A stretch of 62,314 nt of DNA, counting the filler, from Dirinaria sp. TL-2023a (lineage: Eukaryota), in the NCBI GenBank assembly GCA_051941275.1. It is 17 parts of 17 records of this genome, joined end to end, with 100 filler letters (N's around TTAATTAATTAA, not from the genome) between each part and the next. Parts side by side here need not be neighbours in the genome. Positions count along the whole stretch, not along the records: positions 33,156 to 36,722 come from JAVEBF010002017.1; positions 36,823 to 40,388 come from JAVEBF010002018.1; positions 40,489 to 44,051 come from JAVEBF010002019.1; positions 44,152 to 47,711 come from JAVEBF010002020.1; positions 47,812 to 51,370 come from JAVEBF010002021.1; 12 more parts are not named here. One strand, written 5' to 3'. Position 1 is the stretch's first letter. Every line of letters begins with the position of its first letter. Shown piece after piece: positions 35,561 through 49,537 of the stretch. The notes under the pieces were generated by a model, which saw only the letters and a list, made by a program, of their open reading frames with translations, made no database searches and had not been told where the DNA came from. The position numbers were made by a program, and so were the translations under genes.

Positions 35561-36449
35561 ACGATCCCTCCGCGGACGTTCTTTAACAGGCTGATCGTAG
35601 CCTGTGTACCAATAATTACCCTTCTGTACCATACCCTTTTTTTTTTACAACGACACGACACGACCTTATCTGGGACTCGATACCGAAGCGACTCATCAGG
35701 GTCTGCTTGGCCCAGAGCATCCACAAAACAATTATTTGCATGCATAACAATGGAGTTTAATACTATTTCGGTTCGGAAATCAAACCGGCGAGAGCGTCTT
35801 CAACATACATTAGAAAGTCGCTCCTGGCCCAAGCATGACTATGGGCAAGCGGAGAGCGCTGGCGATGGGTGTTTTCAGGGAAGCATCTTTGAGCGAAGAG
35901 CTCGCTCGTGAGATTTGCTGGCGCGCTTCCTGCCATGGAAAGGAAAGCACGATTCTAAATTGTCAGAAACAAAAAAAAGAGGTGAAGTCGTGGAGGGAAT
36001 GGTCTGCTTCAATTCTGCCAAGCAGGACCCACTACTAAGATTGTTGCTCAAAAATTCTCTTTTTGCTCCCCCAAAGAGACCATGCATGTTTCTGCGGGTG
36101 TGTGTGGGCAGAAGTCGTTGAGAACCAAAAAAGATCATGCCGACTTCTATCTAGCATAACCCCCCTCAGCGAGCCAGAAATCAGGTAGATTTTAGTATGA
36201 ATTCAAAAGACTGTCTACCAATATGTGTTAATCCCCCTCCCTCGTGATCCTTGCCTCTGGTACTTTTCCTCCATCTCTCCTCTCTGCTATCTCGTCATCA
36301 TCTCGCGATTACGTGTAGTTCAGTCCCGCCCTTACACGGTTCCATGTTAACCACGCCCTCCCCTCTTTCTTCTTCCCTCGTCCTTAATCAATGTATCTAG
36401 GTGCCTGCCTACCTGCGTACGCAAGTTGAAAAGAAAAGGGGGAGATTTG

Positions 36450-36572
36450 GCATCCACCCATCCATCCATCCATCCACCCCCCCTTTTTCAACCCTTTTTT
36501 TTTTTTTTCGGTCTTGTAGATTACGGGAAGAAAACTAAAGGGGGATGGATGGATGGATGGATGGATGGATGA
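36450..36572. repeat. Inverted (CCAT)n / (GGAT)n microsatellite pair
   Basis: CATCCACCCATCCATCCATCCATCC at about 36451-36475 and GGATGGATGG... at about 36543-36571. Confidence 0.8.
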
Positions 36573-38677
36573 GGGTTGGGATGCGCCCCTGCATCCCGCA
36601 GGAATCCTGAATCCTACAGGAATCCCTCACGGATCTTGGATTCTTGGATCCTACGAAAGGTACGCACACGTCATCCGTGCTGCTCCACTCGGTCGAGAAA
36701 AGGAGGGAGAAGAAGGAAGAGGNNNNNNNNNNNNNNNNNNNNNNNNNNNNNNNNNNNNNNNNNNNNTTAATTAATTAANNNNNNNNNNNNNNNNNNNNNN
36801 NNNNNNNNNNNNNNNNNNNNNNTCATTTAAATGTTGACTTGCTGAGATCTTACTTTTAATGCAGTATCATGAACATGTTTTGTCGATCGATTTACAGTAA
36901 AGGAGTCATCGACTGTGTAGCTCGATTCTCATGATTGCCAGTGAGATTCGTTCTTTAGATCATTTCGTTCTTCAAAGAAACATTTCTACAGTCACTCTAT
37001 AAGATGCTGTCTAATACACATTACGATTGCTATTAGGCTATATAGCGCGCATCTAAGAACACCAAATCTTGAGCCAAACCATATTTTCACGCTGTAGGGT
37101 CAAAAAACCTGTCAGCTTTAGGTGGTGATCAGGTCAATTGCACCTATGTATGTGTATGTTGGTATGTAATTGCCTAACATCTATGGAAAAAGCATTTGTG
37201 GGTAACAAATACTTTTAGGCGTTGAGGTGAGGTTGATTAGTGTACACGACAAACCGTTTTGGTCAATCTATCTAGGAAAAAATTGTTAGAGGTGTTGAGG
37301 TTGCAGTTTTACCAAATCGTAACACCACTGCCCAATCCCATCCAATATCATTGCTCGTCGGGACCAACCGACTTTCTCCAACACGACTTCCACTTGGGAT
37401 TGCTCTCCCATGGGAGCCTCCTTATTTGCCCAGGTCCGGATAGCTTCCGCAACCACTACCTTCACGTTGGCATTGGTATTGATATCGGTGTCGATCTGCT
37501 CAATCTACTGCAGCTTCTGGGCGTCGGTTGGAAGGATCCATCTATCGACTTCTCCCTTTTGCTGGAGAGCATCAGCCTTCCGCAGGTCTTTCTCCCAGTC
37601 TCGGGCTCGGAGGGCACCCAGGCCTTGGTGATGACTAGCAACGTCTCATGACAACGGGGTCAGCACTTTCTTTTATGATCGTTTTTGCTTCGTTCAAGCG
37701 CTTTATATCAACACTCTGCTTCTAGTCCTGAAACTGATGATTCGGGAGCAGTAGGAGGTAGAACGTCGGGAAGGAGTAAAGATGGATATGTGTTAGCCAG
37801 TCGGTATATTTTATAGTTGTATTCTGCTGGTAGGAGGTTCTTGAGATAGAATGTAAAGAGCTGCAGTGTGCTATCGTCATCGTATTGTGGTAAGACTCCT
37901 GCGACAGGTTCCTGTGGGCCTGTTCCAAGTATTCCCTTGCCGGTGCGGTCAAAGTGATGCAGTCACGGCGTCGTGATTATGCATGGATTCAACTTTTAGA
38001 ATGCCTGTGGCATGCTTCGTCTCGATTGAAAGGGGTATTCTTCTTTTTAAGTCGCTTAATAGGTCTAAAACTGCTAGAAGAGTCTTCTGTGAAGCGGTGG
38101 TAGAGATTGGGGAAGCCGATAAACGCTTTTAATAGCGATTAAATAGGTGTGTAGTGCACCGCCATTGCTTCTCCTTATTTTCATCCTCATCGGCATTCTT
38201 ATTGGTATCCTCCTTTTTGGCATTCTGCACATTTTCCTTATTGCCCTGGTTATCACCTTTGCTTTTTGTTATTCCCCTAAATTGCTACCCTGAGTGTTGT
38301 TCTTCTGCTTTTGCTCCTTTTCAGATTTTTCTTTTGCCTGAGTCTATTGAACCTTGCGCAGTTGAATACGCCATGCTTGTGCTGTATAATCGCGTTTGGG
38401 CATGCGATCAACTTCGCCAGAATGTCAAGGCCTGCACAGCGCAATAAGCATATGGGTGCTAATAGACTACTAGATGGAGTTGTAACAGGTGTTGAGCCAC
38501 AAATAGGGGTATTGGCTGATGGCTTTAATGTAGTAGCACTACTGGCAGAAACTGAAGCACCTGCACCTGTATCTGATTTGTTGCTTGCTCGATTTGCAAG
38601 GAAATGACGTTGACGATTATTCAATTGAGTCAAGTAGGTCTTTCAAATCATCTAGCGTTGTTGCGATAGGTGGATTA

Positions 38678-39700
38678 TCAGTCAATCGTCTTTTGCATGC
38701 GCGCAAGAACCCTATCTTTCAATTCCATCATGACATAGCCTTGCGGTATGTCAGCAATAGTGGCGGCAGGCTTGGTGAAGGCCCTATTTGTTTGGCGGTT
38801 ATCGCGTTGTATGTAGGTAGGCCCTCCCATACCCATTTGTATTGCCTCAAAGAATCGGTCCCACCACATCTTAGTGCTTGCTGACATTGAGATTGCAAGC
38901 AGCTCGGCTTCAGTAGAGCTCGTTGTGACTGTTTTCTGCTTGGAGGCCTTCCAATCGATCATACCGTTGAAGAGTTTGAAGCAATACGCGCTTGAGCTTT
39001 GACGCGTGTCAACATCATCGGCGAATGAGGCATCCGATGACCCTAGGAAGATCTCATCGGTCTTGCTTGCCTGACCGTCAAACACGATGGCATAGTCTCT
39101 TGTATGCGCTAGGTATCTTAGGACCCTATTGGCTTGCTCTATATGTTGTGCCGATGGATTTGTAAGGAACTCAGCTAATTTTGATGCTACAAATGCAATA
39201 TCTGGGCGTGTTGTGTGTTGTTGTTGCTGCGAAGTTTATGGACCCAACACGTTGGTATGCTAGTATTTCCTGCGGTGTTGCCTTGCCTTCATTCTTTGTG
39301 AGCGGCGCATAGTTAGAGAGAGGTGCTCCAGGCGGCTTTGAAGACGTGTTGAGGTTGCAGTTTTACCAATTTTTATGTGGGTATCGCAGACACGATAAAT
39401 TAACCCAACACTCTTAGTGTTCCTCTTATATCAGGCGTCAAGGTTCTTCTGGGCGCGTTTCATTTCTTCTCTAATAGAGGCTCTCCTCGACGTGCCATCT
39501 TCCCTTTCAACTATGATTTTCGTGGGTATGGCGGGCATGACTTCGTTGAGTATTCCATTCCAACTCTCATAGGTCATTGCCATGTTCACATTTGCAAGCC
39601 ATTCTAGCCAATTTTGTGACCCATGGAGGTTTTCAAATTGCCACATCAATGATGAGGACCCCACCCCTTCAACCATGATTGCTAGTTGCAAAAGAAAAGT
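38678..39700 (-). mobile_element. Degenerate, internally deleted Ty1/copia retrotransposon (gag N-terminus fused to RT C-terminus/RNase H)
   Basis: TRPDIAFVASKLAEFLTNPSAQH and SDASFADDVDTRQSSSAYCFKLFNGMIDWKASKQKTVTTSSTEAELLA (Ty1 RNase H), with frameshifts. Gag-like LHGSQNWLEW at about 39600-39630. Confidence 0.9.
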
Positions 39701-40568
39701 GAGGTGGCAATGAGGTGTTGAAGGTGCCGAAGGTAAGGTGCCAATGAGAAGTAAGGAGCAACTGTCGAAGCAATTGAAGTGTTGCGCCTTGACCCAATAG
39801 GGTAACAGTACCGAGAAGTGTTAGACTGCCTTGAGGAAGGTGTTGTTGTGTGCTAATTGCTGGGCACCGAAGTAGAGTTGGGGAAGGGGGTATCGATGTA
39901 TGTGGAACGCAATGATGCTGTTGCCGGCGCGCACAGACGCTCCGCGGACGACGAGGTACCTGGAATACGCAGTCGTGGGCGTTCTAGAAGACTAAGTTGC
40001 ACGGTGCAATTGAACAAGGTCAATGTCTTGAGGATGCTTGAGGAAGGGGATAACATCGGCCTAAGATAGGACTGACTCTAACAAGTAGGTATAGTGAGAG
40101 GGTAGATAGGTAGAGTCTTTAAGTAGATAGTATATACTTCGAGAGCTAATTGCCTCTGTAGATTTTGGAATTGACCGTACAATTCTGAGCTAGGACTGTG
40201 GGTGCTTGCTACGATTTAAATAGTGCCGGGAAGATAACAGAAAGCTCAACACATGCACATGCGCGCAACACCTCTCCAACTGCAACAATTCAACATAGAT
40301 GAAGTCGCTGCAGGAAGTAATTATGATGCTCATGTTGAGGAAGGGGGAAGGAGGAAGGAAATCGCTATGAATATGCTCAACAGAAGAANNNNNNNNNNNN
40401 NNNNNNNNNNNNNNNNNNNNNNNNNNNNNNNNTTAATTAATTAANNNNNNNNNNNNNNNNNNNNNNNNNNNNNNNNNNNNNNNNNNNNCTTTATGCTTTT
40501 ATCCCATTGGATTACTTTAGGTATGTAAGTATGTACTTATGTAAAAAAAAAAAAAAAAAAAAAAAAAA

Positions 40569-42014
40569 TCAAGCATGCTCCCTCATCTCCAGCCGCGCAT
40601 TCATGCCCACCACGCACCTCACAATATCCCAATTCCCTTTATACCCAACCCAATCACAGACCACGATCCCCGTACTGCCATCGCCGACGACTTTCCCATC
40701 CCCTCCTTCTCCTTCAACTTCATTATGGCATCGACACAGATACTCCACGATCGCAGGGTTCAGTTTCGCGGCGATCCGATCCGGCCAGCAGCCCACTTTC
40801 CAGAAATTGCTCGCGGTCAGGAAGTTGATGAAGAAGGGCTGACCTTTTTCTGGCGACGAGGAGGAGGGGTCCTGGTCGAGGCAGCAGACGCACTGCGCCG
40901 CGCGGCTGAGATGATCCTGCGAGTACTGGATTTTCTTGTCGATGTTCTCCGTCTCGAGCACTTCGTAGAAATCCTGCACGCAGACGTCGCCGCTGGGACA
41001 CGTCGCGTTGGGCGTGTTGTCGGCCCAGGTGGCCGCGTCGATGCACCAACCTGCGCCCTCCCATTCGTCGTGCAGCCGGCCTTCGAGGTTGAATCGGCGG
41101 ATGAGGACGATTTGCCCGCGGGCTTCGCCGAGCGTCGGGATCCGCGGCGCCGTGAACCAGCGGTGCACGTCGCCGGCGTAGTGATCACGTAGGATGCGAC
41201 TGAGTTGCTCGTCGGTGGCGGAGCCGGGGCCTTCGCGCTTGATGGACATGATGACTGTTTCGCTCGGGTTGCGGTCGAGGAAGGTGAAGACTTCTTTAAT
41301 GAGGTCGCGCAAGTATTTATTTCCAGTTAGTGAGATGGGGAAGACGCTGTGCACGAGGATGAGCCCGTCTTTGCTCGGATCTTCGGGCGCTTCGGGTTGT
41401 ACTCGGATGTCAAAGAAGCGGATGCCGTTGTCAAGTTGTTCGGGTGGAGAGGTTGCTTGGCAACGGACGGAGGGAAGGGCTTTGTGGCAGGTGGGGGAGT
41501 TGTGCGTGCCGGGGATCGAGAGGGCGGATAGGGGCGTTTCGTCTTTCAATTTGCTCATCCAGGATTGAAGGTTAGCGGAGGAATAGATGGTCAGATGGGA
41601 GTGCTGAGGCAGGTATATTGCTGTGTAGCTGAAGCGTGGGTCTGGCGTGATTGGAGTTAGGACCGTGGACCGTTCTTCTGGACATGGCGCATCGAGTTGG
41701 TGTTGTTCACCCTCGGCTTCGAAAGTAAGGCGCACTACATGGATGTTCGGTCCAGGCGGTTTAATGTCTGACTTGAAGCTTTTGAGAGGTTCAATGCCGT
41801 ATGACACCTCCTCATGGCTGAACCGTTTCGCGCCTTCGGGAACAGTTGGAGCTGGCGACGAAGTTTTGTTGCTGAAAAGACTCGTGAAATTCTTCGTGAC
41901 GTTGGACAAACCTTGCCCACTTGCAACGGTTGGGAGTGTCTCGAAACGCTCGATGGCCTTCAGTTCGAAGTGGTTCGGGGTCAAGTTTCGGATAATCAAT
42001 GGTGTCTCTGCCAT
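40569..42014 (-). CDS. Phosphatidylinositol-specific phospholipase C (bacterial-like PI-PLC X domain)
   Basis: Motifs WMSKLKDETPLSALSIPGTHNS, QLDNGIRFFDIRV, LVHS, FLDRNPSETVIMSIKRE, PTLGEARGQIVLIRRF, VQDFYE, GIVVCDWVG. Confidence 0.93.
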   Translation of the reverse strand: MAETPLIIRNLTPNHFELKAIERFETLPTVASGQGLSNVTKNFTSLFSNKTSSPAPTVPEGAKRFSHEEVSYGIEPLKSFKSDIKPPGPNIHVVRLTFEAEGEQHQLDAPCPEERSTVLTPITPDPRFSYTAIYLPQHSHLTIYSSANLQSWMSKLKDETPLSALSIPGTHNSPTCHKALPSVRCQATSPPEQLDNGIRFFDIRVQPEAPEDPSKDGLILVHSVFPISLTGNKYLRDLIKEVFTFLDRNPSETVIMSIKREGPGSATDEQLSRILRDHYAGDVHRWFTAPRIPTLGEARGQIVLIRRFNLEGRLHDEWEGAGWCIDAATWADNTPNATCPSGDVCVQDFYEVLETENIDKKIQYSQDHLSRAAQCVCCLDQDPSSSSPEKGQPFFINFLTASNFWKVGCWPDRIAAKLNPAIVEYLCRCHNEVEGEGGDGKVVGDGSTGIVVCDWVGYKGNWDIVRCVVGMNARLEMREHA

Positions 42015-42607
42015 GGCGGGCAGTTGGTTTCTCACAGATTGCGCGATATTTTATGAGGACACTAGAATAGACAAACCAAATTGAAAGTGAGATTCTATGT
42101 TCCGATATTGACAAGACAAGATGAGAAAAGAGTTCTGTTATATCACTGCGTAGGATGTACGCTAGAGCGTGCCAAAGCGCAAGTATTTACTCCAACGATA
42201 GCGGTTTCCAAGAAGTGTATGAAACAGACCTTGGAACATAGCAGAAAGATACACTCTACCTTGAATTTTTGAGAAGTGTCGCCTAGAAAAAAGGAAAACT
42301 AATGATATTTGATTTGAAGGTACCACGACTTTGTGCCGGTGACGTGTTGGAAACCAGAGCAGGTTGTGATAGGGCTGATCCGAGGTACCGAAGCTCCGAG
42401 GATTAGCCGAGCAGCTTTTGCTCAGGGTGCCCATATTTCAACAGTCTTCTTCATAGAGATTTTCTTTCCTCGTTTTTTCACCATACATTCCTCAAACCAA
42501 ACTCGAAGCCCACAAGTCTGTCCGCAATACCGAACATTCCTGATCAAATCTTCTTAAAAACCCCACCTCAATAAGACCCAAAAGTCAACGCAAAACCCGA
42601 ATCTACA

Positions 42608-42896
42608 ATGGCATCCCGCGAAGCGTACGTGCCCCCTACCACCACTCAACAATCCAGCTCTGGTACCGCCTTTAACACCGCCGCCGCGGCGGACGATGCT
42701 GGCCCTACCTCGCAATACCTGTGCGGCGAGTGCAACCAGAAGGTGCTGCTGAAGAAAGGGGACCCGATTCGGTGCAAGGAGTGTGGACATCGGGTGCTCT
42801 ACAAAGAACGCACCAAACGGTGAGTCGATTTACAGGACCGATTTGGGGAAAGAGCTAATAGCAACTTGAAGCATGGTGCAATTCGAGGCTCGTTAA
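42608..42896 (+). CDS. RPC10: RNA polymerase I/II/III shared subunit RPABC4 (Rpb12)
   Basis: YLCGECN...[24 protein letters not shown], intron at 42820-42871, then MVQFEAR*. Confidence 0.97.
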
Positions 42897-44675
42897 GAGT
42901 TTCTGAATCGCCGGCGCAGAACCCATGAGACGCTGTGGATAGACAGCATGGGTGGTGAATGAGCAACGGAGGTTCGGTAATGTTTGAATATTTGCGTGTT
43001 TGCATGTTGCATTATTGGTGGGATGATCGACTTAGCATGGCGTTGGAGGAGGCTTCCTAAAGCAGCCACTGGAAGTACCTTACCTTACCTTAGGTAGCCA
43101 TGCGGTCAAATCTAAGTTGATGCTCGCAGCTCGCTTCCGTTTCCTTCCTATGCCCTTGAGGCCCCCTGCCGAGCACGATTTGACATCATATATGAGTACT
43201 GTTACGAGTACACTGCTGTCAACACCGAGGTCAGTTGTCATAGCAAATGGAGACAGAGTTTTGAAGCAATTGGCAGTGCTATAGTGTCATTGACCAGCAA
43301 AATGCCAGATGGGACAGTGCTTCACAGGAACAGTCCAAGGTGTACTGCATGTGCCTCGATTAAAAACAGGTCTATTGTTAGCCTGTCAGCTAATTGAAGA
43401 ACTGGGACCGGCCTCAGCTTCATGCCAGTAACTGTTAATTCTAGGAAATAGAGGATCAAGAGAATGCCTTTTCCTTTCATATTTTCATGGTTGACCACAC
43501 ACGTAATTGACCACGAAGAATAACAAGATAAAAAACATTCTGTAAAATCGAAAAGAATTAATTTCTTTAGAAACTTTAGAATACTGCGAAGTGCCGATCA
43601 AGGTATGAAAGTTTCATGAGCCAGAAACGCCCTATGTTGAAAGAGGGGAAAAAAACATTGGAATCATAAAAACTCGATGAATGAGAAAAAAATGCAAAGG
43701 AATGATTGCACTGGGGAAAAATGAGCATATCTATTCTCCACTAAATTATCAAGAGGGTTTTCAGCCCAGCTTTTGTTGGACGGTTTCTCTCGTGTTTCGC
43801 GATCAGCTGATTATATTTTTTTCGCATGGAGATTTCTGCTCTCCAAGGACTTTAGTTAGAAAATTTGCTGTCGCCGACGCAAAATAGATCTACATGCAGC
43901 TTGCCACCTGCTATGCCTCTGTTCTTGCATAATTACCTTTATGTAACGACAATAGGGCCAAAACCCCATCAAAGATCCAAAAACGAGCATTCCAACCTAG
44001 CCGGCACCAACACCTTGATCCTTCTCCTTCGCCTTCCCCTCCTCCTCCAACNNNNNNNNNNNNNNNNNNNNNNNNNNNNNNNNNNNNNNNNNNNNTTAAT
44101 TAATTAANNNNNNNNNNNNNNNNNNNNNNNNNNNNNNNNNNNNNNNNNNNNTACTTTGTAGAAGCGGCTGCTTTCTTTTCAGGTTTCTTAGGAGGTTGAT
44201 GTTAAATTTGAAGTTAGGGTCTGACACGAAGTCGGTTCTTGGTGATTCCAAATGTAGAATGACCCCAAAGCGAGTAGGGATGGCCTAGCGTACCTACTTA
44301 CTTGGCATTATCTACAATACCGTATTGTCATCATTCCAATCGGACATCGGGCAGAGATTCATTAGGTCCCAGTACCATAAATCGCTGAAGCAGATCTCAT
44401 GCATCAGTTTTCATGAGGGCTCCTGTGTGCTGAACCGATGTCCCTATTGTACTGATCTACCAGGATTAGGGCTGTATGAGGGTTGGCTCTGTGTTGCCGA
44501 TTCTTGGCATCTCAAAATTCTTTCCTCAGGTATCTACATACAGTACACATGCGCAGTCAAACAAGCCCATATCAGGTACGTTTCAACCATTCGTTTTCCA
44601 CCTATCGATGCTCTTGATATCTTTTGCTGTCTCTCAGATTTAAATCTATCTGTTCCCCTGTCGCGAAAAGAAGGC

Positions 44676-44845
44676 AATTCAAGGAAAAACAACGTTTTCA
44701 AGAAGTGACGATGGACTCAGTTCACCATGAAAGTGTCCCACTGTCAAATTGGTATTTGATTGAAGTGTTAAAAGACACGCTGAAAAAAGAAAAAATGACT
44801 TTTGCAATTCTAATCTGAAGCATTTGAGTTTTGGAAGAAGACATC
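44676..44845 (+). repeat. Dispersed ~170-nt non-coding element, copy 2 (copy 1 at 16391-16560)
   Basis: Collinear shared blocks as listed for copy 1. Lies about 350 nt upstream of the sphingomyelinase start. Confidence 0.75.
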
Positions 44846-45201
44846 GGTAGACCACAGATAAGTAGTGGTAACTGCGCATGTAAGGGGGAGGGAAGAATAT
44901 TGAGATGCTAAGATCTCACAACACACATGCACACACTAAATATCACATTGCGACTTCCATTGACGACTTTCACTTTCGACTTTCACTTTCTCTTGACTCC
45001 GCACTTGAAGTCTTATCAACACCACCATAATCGGAAGGAACCTTGTGAACACGATGATGCAGATGAAGGACGAGCACGACGCAGTGATGGAGCAGCCATA
45101 CATATTCGGTTCTGCGAAAGCTCTGCTTTTGCTGCTCCTATTCGACTTTGGGATCCACGTTTTTGGACGAATCGAAGCGTTGCTATTTTCCAAGCATCAG
45201 A

Positions 45202-47343
45202 ATGCGTGTCCTAGGTCTACATACAGCTGCCATAACAGCCTTTTCCGGCAGTACTCTTGCACTGCACTATCATGGCGAGCCGTGCCTTGGGCCTTCAGCA
45301 TACACGGTACCAGCAAATTTTCCTACATCGGCTTTCTCATCCTACTATGTCCCGCCATCGTCAACCCAAGAGCCTCAGCCTATACTGCACGACCCTGTGT
45401 TGAACATCACATATCCACGCAATCTCACGGACCCGGCTAAACTCCCTTCTGTGGACAATGACCCAGTATCCTATCCCCGACCAATTACAAATATGTCTAC
45501 TGCTGCCGCGGCATCCTTGGTCCAGGCAGCTATTGCGGATATCAGTAGCATAATCCTGGCAAACAATGGTGTAGACCATTGCTCAAAATGCCAATCAGCT
45601 TTGGCAGTGGCCCAAATTGTGGCGCAGACTTCACCTAGCAGTGTCCCGGACATGCTTGTGACCTTATGCAAGCGGTTCCATTTCAGCTCGGATGCTGCAT
45701 GTACAGAAAACTACGCCGCGACCAGATTTGGTGCTATTTGGACTCAAGTGCTGAATTTTGCTGATGTGACTGGGCTGGATGGAAGGTACATATGTAACGA
45801 GCTGAACGGAAAATATTGCCCAGCGCCCTCAATATCACCATTGGACACGAGCAAGTTGTTTCCCAAACCGAAGCCTAAAAACGCAAAGGCTCCTATGGCG
45901 AGTGGCAAACGTGTCAAGGTCCTCCACCTTTCGGACTTCCACCTCGATCCCCGATATGCTGTTGCATCGGAAGCTAATTGCACGGCCGGTCTATGCTGCC
46001 GGACGAATGTCCACGCTTCGGGGTTGACATTGCCGCACATAGAGCTTCCAGCACCACTTTATGGAGCGTACCAATGTGATACACCGTATTACCTTGCTCT
46101 AGCTGCTTTGCAGTCCATTGCGCCTTTGACTGGGACGAGCCATGACTCGCCATTTGCTTGGACGATCTACACCGGCGATTTAATCTCTCACGAACCGCAG
46201 AATCAGTTGTCGAGGGAGTATGTTGAGTATGCGGAATACAGTATCTATCAGATGCTCAAGGAATACATTGCGAGCCCCGTCTTTGCTGTGCTTGGTAATC
46301 ATGATTCCAATCCAGAAGGCGCCGCTGCTCCCCACAGTGAGCCTGATGGGTTAGGGCAGCAGTTCAGCTGGAACTATGACCATGTCGCTGGCTTATGGCT
46401 GCATAACGGTTGGATCGATCCACAGGCCGCTCAAGACGCAAGACTGCACTACGGCGCGTACTCGATTAAAAACCACTATGGGCTACGGATCATTACATTA
46501 AATACGGATTTTTGGTATAGGTGGAATTACTTGAATTACTACAACATGAGCAATCCCGATGTGTCTGGAATGCAAGCCTTCCTCATCCAAGAATTGCAAG
46601 CCGCTGAGGATGCAGGCGAACGAGTCTGGATTCTTGGTCACGTGCCCACGGGCTTTGATGGGTCTGATCCCTTACCGAATCCATCCAACCTCTTCTACCA
46701 GATTGTGGATCGTTATTCGCCCCATGTCATTGCCAATGTTTTCTTCGGCCACACCCATGACGACCAATTTATGGTCTACTACGCCAACAACGCGAGTGAT
46801 ATCTCTTCGGCGAATGCGCTGATGACAGGATGGATTGGCCCTAGTGTCACGCCGATGAAAGATTTGAACAGTGGCTTTCGCATGTATGAAGTCGATACGG
46901 GATCGTTCGAGGTCTACGAGGCCTACACTTGGTATGCCGATGTTTCCAGCTTTCCAGGTCTGTCGGCTACTGGTCCAACATTCAAGTTGGAGTATTCAAC
47001 CCGTGCTTCATACAACATTGGGTGGCCAGCATCTGCTCCCTTGAATGCCACCTACTGGCACGCAGTCACGGAGGCCATGGAATCCGATATGAGCCTCGTC
47101 TCCAAGTTCAACACCTTCCAAGGCAAGTCGAGCGTCCGGACTCCTAAGTGCGTGAGCAAGGCATGTGCGCAGTCTAAGATCTGCTACATGAGAAGTGGTA
47201 GCTTTGCGTTAGGACAAGCGTGTCTTCAGGGGTAAGTTTTTCTAATCCAGAACTCCGATATGATGGCTCGACTGCTTGCTGAGACCTGTGATGTATCCAG
47301 ACATGGCTCCGTGCAAGGCCCTTTTAACCCACATAGCGCTTAA
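45202..47343 (+). CDS. Secreted acid sphingomyelinase-like metallophosphoesterase
   Basis: Signal peptide, saposin-like Cys region, HLSDFHLDPRY, YQCDTP, TGDLISH, LGNHD, ILGHVP, FFGHTHDD. Intron at 47232-47300. Confidence 0.95.
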
Positions 47344-47984
47344 AAGCCTTGTTCGGAGGGGCTGGGCTGTATGGACTGCCCCTAAAAAGGTGATCATCGA
47401 ATAGCGATTGTACAAAAGCACAATTCACTCGACTGCTGTATTCAATATGTGCATGCAATATTTGAAGTACTGTTTGTTAGGCACAATGACCGATCTTGCT
47501 TCAGCGCTGGGAACGAAGCTTCAGAACAAGCGAAGCCTACATACTAGAATCATGAAAAAACTTTACTCAACCGTACAACTAACCCTCTTTCTCCTTCACT
47601 TGCTCACCAAAAACAATCTTTCCCCCCCTTTTCAAAAAAAAAGCCCCCATCCTCACACTCCCACCCCAACTACCTTACAAACCCTTCTCATCCACACCCA
47701 CACCCACACCCNNNNNNNNNNNNNNNNNNNNNNNNNNNNNNNNNNNNNNNNNNNNTTAATTAATTAANNNNNNNNNNNNNNNNNNNNNNNNNNNNNNNNN
47801 NNNNNNNNNNNTAAGCCTTTGCACGCTGCAACCGTGTATTCGAAAGAGTGGCAAAAAAAAAAAAAAAAAGGCTCGAAGCTCTGTACAGTCAGACGTGAAT
47901 AACATACCCCCGAAAGCTACATGTACTACTAGTGGGCCAATTGATGCTTGATAATCCATACGGAGAAAATAAATGTGTATCAGC

Positions 47985-49537
47985 TTAACGAATGGCTCTT
48001 TCTCCGCTGTGCTCAGAGCCAAACATGTCCCTGTCCCTCCGTGTACCTTCGCCACCCCCCTGGTTTCCAAAAGATCCTTCACTTGATCTTCGCCTATCAA
48101 AATCTGGGACGTCTGACTGAGGGTGACGATCGACATCAAATTCTCGTACCTGATGATCTTCGTTGTACGGTCCTTGAGCAGAACCTCGGTCTGACTCTCT
48201 CTCATAACTGAAGATCTCAGGCTGAGAGCGATGACCTTCATCGTGTCCACCTTGATGACTGAATGAAGTAGGACTAGTCATGGATGCTCTAGGAGACTCG
48301 GAACGACCATTAGAGCTCTGATCTCGCGAATATTGCTCCTCTTCCCTACGGATGGGTCCAACGTCAAAATCGCTGATGAAGTCGGTTCCTGCACGGCTAC
48401 TTCTATGGGACACGCCACCATTAAATGTATATCCGTGCGATCTTACGCGCCCATCAAAGGATGGTGTGGAGGCTCCTGGACCATCCGCCGGGCTTAGATC
48501 TGCGTTCTCATCTGGTCTAGGGCTCAGTTGTGCGGGTACTGGGCTTGCTGGGTAGCCACCATTGTTGGGTCCAGTATTTAGTGGATCCCATCCGCTACTT
48601 GAGGCCCAAGCCTCGCCTATATGTTACGGTACTCGGTCAGCCCAACCCATTTTCTAGTAATTCCGCGCAGCATCTCGACGCTTCTCCAAAGTACATATAG
48701 GGAGAAAATTGGAAGGGCTTTACTTGATTTTGGCCGATTGCTAGGTGCATAGGCTCGTGAAGGTCTGTGAGGCTGTCTGCCAAACTCAAATTGAACGTGT
48801 TCGGGACTTGAATCATGCTTGTCAGCCACGCTCCGCTCGTAATCTGGTGAAGCCGGCAAAGACAACGAAGGTAATGGAGTAGCTGATCTTGCTGATGCAT
48901 AAGGACCTCTTGGAAAAGAAGCAGAAGGACGCTGCGAACGAAGAGGAGAACGAGCATAGTACCGCTGACGACCCTCATATCCAGTAGCATCTGTGTATTT
49001 AGGCTTTTTCGGCAGCTGTCTATCGACATCTACATCTAAGGACTCCCTCTTGTACCAGCCAGCATTCGGTCTCTTAGCCGGGTTCTCGTATGGCGTCCAA
49101 GCAGCGCCATAGTCGTCCCGCGGATCTGAAACATTCCATAGGTCAGCAAATCATCTTTACTGAGTATGGAAATAACTACCATGAGAACGGCTCCTGCCAC
49201 CACGAGCTGGTAGATGTTCTGGGCTCCTTGGTTTTTGTGATCGTCTTCGTTCTTCAGACGTAGGGGACGTTGATATCTCCAAGTCTCTCGGCTTTTGCAA
49301 GCTCCCCAATCTTTCTCGCTCTTCTCGGTCTATTTTCCTCATGTACGCATGGTAGATTACAAACAGCGCAAATGCGATGAAAATAACTCCTAATATCACT
49401 GTCACACCGATAATAGTATTGAAAGTACTTCTCGAAACAGCTTTCTGAGGCTGTCTTCGAAAAATCAAACCTTCCCTAGTAACGGCTCGGTAGATTGGCT
49501 GAAATGGTTTCGCAGACGTACTGATGGTACGGCCCAT
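47985..49537 (-). CDS. Putative multi-exon single-pass membrane protein with long Ser/Pro/Arg-rich tail
   Basis: TM segment IIGVTVILGVIFIAFALFVIY, then low-complexity open frames separated by intron-like segments with CTGAC branch sites and YAG acceptors. Exon boundaries approximate. Confidence 0.5.
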
